DNA from: Bacteriovoracia bacterium
GTDB taxonomy: Bacteria > Bdellovibrionota > UBA1018 > CAIPTA01
Assembly: GCA_050246755.1 (NCBI GenBank)
Contig: JBFWVL010000001.1
Span: forward strand, 384,001-448,000
DNA: 64,000 nucleotides
Direction of reading: 5' to 3'
In this document: positions 58,919 to 64,000 of the stretch, one piece after another
Layout of the letters: every line of letters starts with the position of its first letter
How positions within the stretch are numbered: position 1 is the first letter of the stretch
The notes under the pieces: generated by a model
The model's input: the letters and a program-made list of their open reading frames with translations, nothing else
What the model was told of the DNA's origin: nothing
Database searches by the model: none
Position numbers and translations under genes: made by a program

Positions 58919-61249
58919 CTAGAAGGGGGGCCCAATCATAAAATTAAACTGCGCGTCTTTATTGTCGCCATTGAGAGGATAACCCCACTCAAAGCGCAGG
59001 GGACCAAGCGGCGAGAACCAGCGGATTCCCCAGCCGTAGTCACGCTTGAGGCTCATCTTAAACGTATCGTTGGCGTCGCCCGCATCGAAGAATGCTACCG
59101 CCTTGAGCCCGATTTCTCGAGCGATCGGGTATTCGAGCTCCGCCATATAAATCAGGTCGTACATCCCGCCGTCGGTGTAGCGGCGGCCGCGACGATCGGT
59201 TTTTTCCACGCCTACCGAATAGGGGCTATAGCCGCGCAAATTATTGGGTCCACCGAGGATAAATTTTTCCGTGGATTGCACGGGAAGCGTGGCGTAGTTC
59301 CAAATGGATCCCACCTCGGCCTTGGTGCGGAAGGTAAGCTCGCCGATCACTTTATGGTACCAGCGTGCGTCGCCGATCGAGCGGAGAAAATTCCGGTTTC
59401 CGCCAAGGCCCGCGAATTCTTCGCTGATCGATAAGTAGTGCCCCGCCGTGGTGATCAAACGGTCGTTCCGGCGATCGTTCACGAGCGTAGTAGAAACGGA
59501 GGAAATTGTGCCGTTCTCGCGCTCGATCGTTTCCGCGATTTCGGTGGAGGCATTCAGCAACATGATGCGTTCAATCCGGTAACCCACGTAGAGGCGGGTA
59601 TATTCTTCCACCGGGTGGCCGAGATTCAGCTGAGCTCCGCGCCGGAACTCCACGTAACGCCCCGGGATATCCTGCAACTCATAGGAAACGGATCCACCCG
59701 CGCTCCAGAGAGAATCGAAAGCGTAAGGATCGGTGAAAGAAAGCCGGAACGAACGGTTGTACTTCTGCTTGGACAGCTGGGTCTGGAAGCGGAGGTCTTG
59801 TCCCTTACCCATGAAGTTCGATTCCGAAATCTGGGTGGTGAAGAAAAACTTCGTGGTGGTGGCGTAACCGGCACCGAGCTGGAATTGCCCCGTCGGGCGT
59901 TCCTTCACGTTCACTTCCACGTCCATGATATCCGGGCGGCCGGCAGGCGATTTGGTCTGGATCTGCACCGACTCCTGATCGAAGAAACCGAGGCGCTCCA
60001 CGTTTTCTTTGGAGATCCTCATTCCGGATCCGGAATACAGCTCTCCCTCGCGGATCTTGAGCTCGCGCCGGATCACCTTATCGCGAGTTTTCGAGTTCCC
60101 CTTTACGGTGATGCGGCCGAAACGGACGAGCGTCCCTTTTTCGAATTCGTAACTAGTATTTACGGTGAGGGAATCATCGTGCACGTCGATATTGGGAACC
60201 ACGTTCACGTTGGCGTAGCCGAGATCCTGGTATTTTTCGGTGAGCGCAAGAATATCGGCGTTGCGCTTGGAGATAGAAAAAGTATCGCCGGACTTCAGCG
60301 TAACCGTATTGAACAGCTCATCCTTGGGGAAAAGGAGGTCGCCGCCAAAATCCAAAGTCCCCATTTTATAGAGCTGGCCTTCTTGCACCTTGATGGTGAT
60401 GTAAACCCACTTCTTATCTTCGCTCACCGTAACGATGGGCGGGTCATGGCGGAAGCGAACGTAGCCTTCGTTCAAGTACCAGTATTGGAGGTACTGAAGA
60501 TCGTTCTTAAAATCGAGCTCCTTAAAATTACCGCTGCTGGTGGCCCAAGAAAAGAAGCCGCCTTCCGAAGTATTACGGAGCGTGCGCTTGAGCTGATCGT
60601 CGGTGAAAGCGGTATTGCCCAGAAACGTAATTTTACGGATCTTTACCTTATCGTATTCGCGCACGCGAAAAAGAAGCTCTACCATGTCTTTATCTTTTAC
60701 GGGACGGATCGAGTAATCCACCTTCGCGAGATAGTAGCCCTTGTCTTCATAGTATTTGGTGAGCTTGCGCACGGATTCACGCACGAGATTCTCGTCGTAG
60801 ATATCGTAGGTTTTTACGGTGAGCGTATTCTTCAAATCATCGGTGGAAACTGCGTCGTTGCCGAAGAATACGATGCGATAAATCGCCGGCCGCTCCTTCA
60901 CGATATAGGTAAGAACGCCGGCCTCGAAGTCGACCTTGATTTCGTCGAAGTAACCCAGCTTGTGAATGGCGGCGATATCCTTGCGAACCTGTTCCTCGGA
61001 GAGATCTTTGCCCGTGGAGGAACCGATCTTCTCGAGGATGGCCTCCCGATCGATTTTTAGATTGCCCTTGATCTCGATTTTTTGAATCCGCTCGCCGCCC
61101 GAAGTAGAGCTCTCGGCGCTAGCGGTAACAGGTTTTTTGTCGGCATTTTTTTTTGCCTTAGGTGCGCCCCACGCAGCTTGGCTCGCGCAGATCAGCAAAC
61201 ATGCTAATCCCGCCCGCACTAACCACTGTCGCTGCACCGCTTGGTTCAA
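58919..61249 (-). CDS. bamA: Outer membrane protein assembly factor BamA
   Basis: POTRA domains, LRGY motif, WFSPLGPLRF, terminal Phe; TTG start. Confidence 0.97.
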   Translation of the reverse strand: MNQAVQRQWLVRAGLACLLICASQAAWGAPKAKKNADKKPVTASAESSTSGGERIQKIEIKGNLKIDREAILEKIGSSTGKDLSEEQVRKDIAAIHKLGYFDEIKVDFEAGVLTYIVKERPAIYRIVFFGNDAVSTDDLKNTLTVKTYDIYDENLVRESVRKLTKYYEDKGYYLAKVDYSIRPVKDKDMVELLFRVREYDKVKIRKITFLGNTAFTDDQLKRTLRNTSEGGFFSWATSSGNFKELDFKNDLQYLQYWYLNEGYVRFRHDPPIVTVSEDKKWVYITIKVQEGQLYKMGTLDFGGDLLFPKDELFNTVTLKSGDTFSISKRNADILALTEKYQDLGYANVNVVPNIDVHDDSLTVNTSYEFEKGTLVRFGRITVKGNSKTRDKVIRRELKIREGELYSGSGMRISKENVERLGFFDQESVQIQTKSPAGRPDIMDVEVNVKERPTGQFQLGAGYATTTKFFFTTQISESNFMGKGQDLRFQTQLSKQKYNRSFRLSFTDPYAFDSLWSAGGSVSYELQDIPGRYVEFRRGAQLNLGHPVEEYTRLYVGYRIERIMLLNASTEIAETIERENGTISSVSTTLVNDRRNDRLITTAGHYLSISEEFAGLGGNRNFLRSIGDARWYHKVIGELTFRTKAEVGSIWNYATLPVQSTEKFILGGPNNLRGYSPYSVGVEKTDRRGRRYTDGGMYDLIYMAELEYPIAREIGLKAVAFFDAGDANDTFKMSLKRDYGWGIRWFSPLGPLRFEWGYPLNGDNKDAQFNFMIGPPF

Positions 61250-61376
61250 AACAAATCCTCAAAAAACGAAGGTATAGGAGAAGTACCTATTGGCGACGGA
61301 GCTTGTCAATTGAAAGAGATAACACCGCGCACAAGCAGCCAATCCGCGTTAATTTAACGCTGTCGGCCAAAGCGAA

Positions 61377-62465
61377 TTACCGGGCGGCCTCCGCACTGAG
61401 CTTTAACTCAGCCGGCAATTCTCGCTTAGTGGGCACGTCACATAATTCGGCGAATAGTTTTTTGGCGCTTTCCTCTGCTTCCACAGAAGCCGCCCCCATG
61501 GAGATCATCACCCGGCCCTCCCGGATCGGAGTATTGATGCGAGGATTAAGGATCACCCGTTTTTTCACCGTCACGGCTAAAAATTTACCCACGTTTTTCT
61601 CCGTAAGCTGCGCTAACTTCGCCGCCCCGTTCGCGGTGAGCTCCAGGGAAATGGATCCCCCGTTCAAAATCGGTTCGAGCGGACGGTCTAATTTGATCCT
61701 CGCAATATCACGCTTAGAAAGACGCGGTTTTCTCTCCACAAACACCGCCTCCCGCAGAGAGTTCATGGAAACCGGATACTGGGAACTACGCACGTCGGAG
61801 GAAAGATAGAAGGATAAGCTCGGATTCACCTTCGCCCCCGTGCAATAAGGCTCCTGATAGTCAAAGACCGCGCCTTCGTAGCCCGCACGGCAACCTTTAT
61901 CCATGGGATCCAGCTCCAGGCATATTTTGAATTCCCGGATCACGCCTTCCGGAGCCGCATTTTCTCGCGCGAGCTGCTGCGCGCGATAAAAATGAGCCCG
62001 GGGCTGCTGGGGATAGCGCGCCACTAGTTCGGGAATTCCCGCTTTTATTTTTCGGGCGAGGCGCAGGGCCACTACCGGATCCACGCTCTTAGCGGTTTCC
62101 TGAACCGCGCTCACGATTTGGTAGGCCGCGAAGGCGCGTGCGGGATCGAGAGAATCCTTTCGCTTGTCGAACCAGCGCTCTCCGGCCTCTACGAATTCTT
62201 TTCCCAGTTTTTCCATGTCGGCGCCCGATAACGCCTTTTCCTCCGTTTCGGCTCGCTGCCGGGCGCGGATCATCCTGCCCAGTACCTTCGCCATCGCGGC
62301 GTCCTCGGAATCGCAACGCTTCTCGCAATCTTCCAGTGAGGCCGGAGTGGCGGTGGTGATGTCTACGAGGCGGGGAGCAGCTTCGCCCTTAGTACTGGAG
62401 GCGCTGGAACAACCCACCAAAAAACCCAGCGACAAAAATACCGGCCCTAAGACGAGAAAACGCAT
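61377..62465 (-). CDS. Lipoprotein with helical/TPR-like region and C-terminal SecDF P1-head-like domain
   Basis: Lipobox LVGC; ISLELTANGAAKLAQLTEKNVGKFLAVTV...P.I.TPI..G.V.IS. Confidence 0.75.
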   Translation of the reverse strand: MRFLVLGPVFLSLGFLVGCSSASSTKGEAAPRLVDITTATPASLEDCEKRCDSEDAAMAKVLGRMIRARQRAETEEKALSGADMEKLGKEFVEAGERWFDKRKDSLDPARAFAAYQIVSAVQETAKSVDPVVALRLARKIKAGIPELVARYPQQPRAHFYRAQQLARENAAPEGVIREFKICLELDPMDKGCRAGYEGAVFDYQEPYCTGAKVNPSLSFYLSSDVRSSQYPVSMNSLREAVFVERKPRLSKRDIARIKLDRPLEPILNGGSISLELTANGAAKLAQLTEKNVGKFLAVTVKKRVILNPRINTPIREGRVMISMGAASVEAEESAKKLFAELCDVPTKRELPAELKLSAEAAR

Positions 62466-62482
62466 TTGCTCTCCTGTTGAAT

Positions 62483-63172
62483 CTATTTCTTCGAATCCTG
62501 CACAATTAAACCGTCGCGCATCACCACTTGGCGGGAAAAATTCTTCGCCATCACCTCGTCGTGGGTAACGAGCACGATGGTAACGCCACGGCTTTCGTTG
62601 AGTTTCACGAAGAGTTCCTTCACCATCTGCGCGTTTGCGCTGTCTAGATTTCCGGTGGGCTCATCGGCGAGCAGGAGCCGCGGATACATTACCATGGCCC
62701 GCGCCAGCGCCACGCGCTGCTGCTCTCCGCCCGAAAGCTCGGCGGGCCGGTGCGTGAGGCGATGGCCGAGGCCTACCTCCACGAGCAGTTCCTGGGCACG
62801 CTGCTCGTATTTTTTCCGGTCTTCCCCCGCAATGAGAGCCGGCATCAGCACATTCTCGAGGGCGGTGAATTCCTGGAGCAAGTAGTGAAACTGAAAAATA
62901 AAACCGATCTCGCGGTTACGGAACCTCGCGGTTTTTTCGGCAGAAAAAGCGCGGATATCCTGCCCGCCATAGAGAATTTTTCCGTCGGTGGGAGGCTCCA
63001 GCGCGCCGAGCACGTGCATGAGAGTGGATTTTCCCGCGCCCGACGCCCCGAGAATGGCGATGGTTTCTCCTTCATCGATGGCGAGATCCACTCCGCGTAA
63101 AACTTCTACCGGATTTCCATCGCGGTGATAGGTTTTGCGCAACCCTTCGCAACGAAGCAGTACTTCACTCAT
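62483..63172 (-). CDS. lolD: Lipoprotein-releasing ABC ATPase
   Basis: GASGAGKST, FQFHYLL, LSGGEQQR, DEPTGNLD; start MSEVLL. Confidence 0.9.
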   Translation of the reverse strand: MSEVLLRCEGLRKTYHRDGNPVEVLRGVDLAIDEGETIAILGASGAGKSTLMHVLGALEPPTDGKILYGGQDIRAFSAEKTARFRNREIGFIFQFHYLLQEFTALENVLMPALIAGEDRKKYEQRAQELLVEVGLGHRLTHRPAELSGGEQQRVALARAMVMYPRLLLADEPTGNLDSANAQMVKELFVKLNESRGVTIVLVTHDEVMAKNFSRQVVMRDGLIVQDSKK

Positions 63173-64000
63173 AGCGCAGCCCCTCCACGGGAGATTCATT
63201 GGCCACTTGGTAGGCCGGGTAGAGGGTGGCCAGCAGGGCTACCAGAACAGCGCAGCCCGCGATCACGAGTAAAGTGGCGGGTCGGAGATCCACCGGCAAA
63301 TAAGAAATAAAGTAAACGTCGGGCGGCAACTGGATGAATTTCGTCTTTGCCAAAATCGTGGCCAATAATAAACCAAGAGACAAACCGGCAACCGCTCCCG
63401 ACAGACCGATCCACAGCCCTACCCGCACGAAAACGCGGGAGCTCTGGCGCGGAGAAAGCCCCATTGCCTTGAGGATGGACATTTCCTTCTTTTTCTCGCT
63501 CATCATCATCATTAGCGTGCTCATGATATTAAAAGCCGCAACCACGATGATAGCCGTGAGGATCACGAAGATCACCGCTTTTTGCAAACGCACAGCGTAG
63601 AATAAATTCCGATTCAGCTCCGTCCAGTCGCGGGAACGGTAAGGATAGCCCATTTCTTTCTGTAGCCGCTCCGAAAGCTGGCGGGACTGTGCGGCCGATC
63701 TCGTTTTGATCCGCATCGCCGAAAAGCTGCCCGGCGGCAGCCGGAAAAAGTCCCGGGCCTCATCAATATGAATCATGCTGTACTTCGAATCGTACTCGTA
63801 CATTCCCGTGCTCACGATCCCGGCCACGCGAAAGCGGCGCGAACGCGGCTGCAAGCTGTCCTTTTCGAAAAAGGGAGAGATCACCGAAATCACGTCGCCG
63901 CTTTTGGCATTCAGGCTTTCCGCTAAATTAGCGCCGATAAGGATGCTGGGCAGCTTCCCGTCTAAACCTAGCTCAGGCATCGCGCCATTCCCGATATGCT
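63165..64000 (-). CDS. lolC: Lipoprotein-releasing permease LolC/E (5'-partial)
   Basis: GMYEYD, DWTELNRNLF, VAAFNIMSTL, VYFISYLP, LRYE; frame open to the window edge. Confidence 0.9.
   Translation of the reverse strand, partial: HIGNGAMPELGLDGKLPSILIGANLAESLNAKSGDVISVISPFFEKDSLQPRSRRFRVAGIVSTGMYEYDSKYSMIHIDEARDFFRLPPGSFSAMRIKTRSAAQSRQLSERLQKEMGYPYRSRDWTELNRNLFYAVRLQKAVIFVILTAIIVVAAFNIMSTLMMMMSEKKKEMSILKAMGLSPRQSSRVFVRVGLWIGLSGAVAGLSLGLLLATILAKTKFIQLPPDVYFISYLPVDLRPATLLVIAGCAVLVALLATLYPAYQVANESPVEGLRYE

Noticed and set aside
59438-61060. 540-aa ORF antisense to bamA (likewise 29212-30726, 22916-23989, 26291-27403)
   Set aside because: Shadow ORFs fully overlapping well-supported genes; no recognisable domains.

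Overview
Core-chromosome window of a Gram-negative bacterium; gene order and protein style suggest Bdellovibrionota/Oligoflexia (inference). Main blocks: a MinD-like ATPase/J-HTH/rluD/pgeF/VKOR-DsbA/tatD operon; an MFS-M14 peptidase-hydrolase operon; a respiratory supercluster (alternative complex III actABCDEF, SCO, A2-type caa3 oxidase, ctaA/ctaB, system II cytochrome c biogenesis); gap-pgk-tpi-secG; rpsA and sppA separated by three secreted orphans; and lolCD-bamA-skp-lpxD-fabZ-lpxA-gnnA-like-lpxB-lpxK-LPS genes. No rRNA, tRNA, CRISPR or transposase was seen. The most unusual signal is a set of short degenerate 5-7 bp repeat arrays arranged as inverted arms. One pair brackets a four-helix-bundle (23S-IVS/Avd-like) gene just after bamA, an empty palindromic copy lies just after actF, and a related heptamer pair brackets the whole gap-pgk-tpi block. 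Also notable: an unannotated 25-aa, 60% Lys micro-protein with its own promoter, candidate operator and structured leader; a secreted protein with two identically spaced VWC-like Cys repeats; and a ComM/YifB homologue with broken Walker motifs. Several start codons were re-assigned by eye relative to the ORF track.
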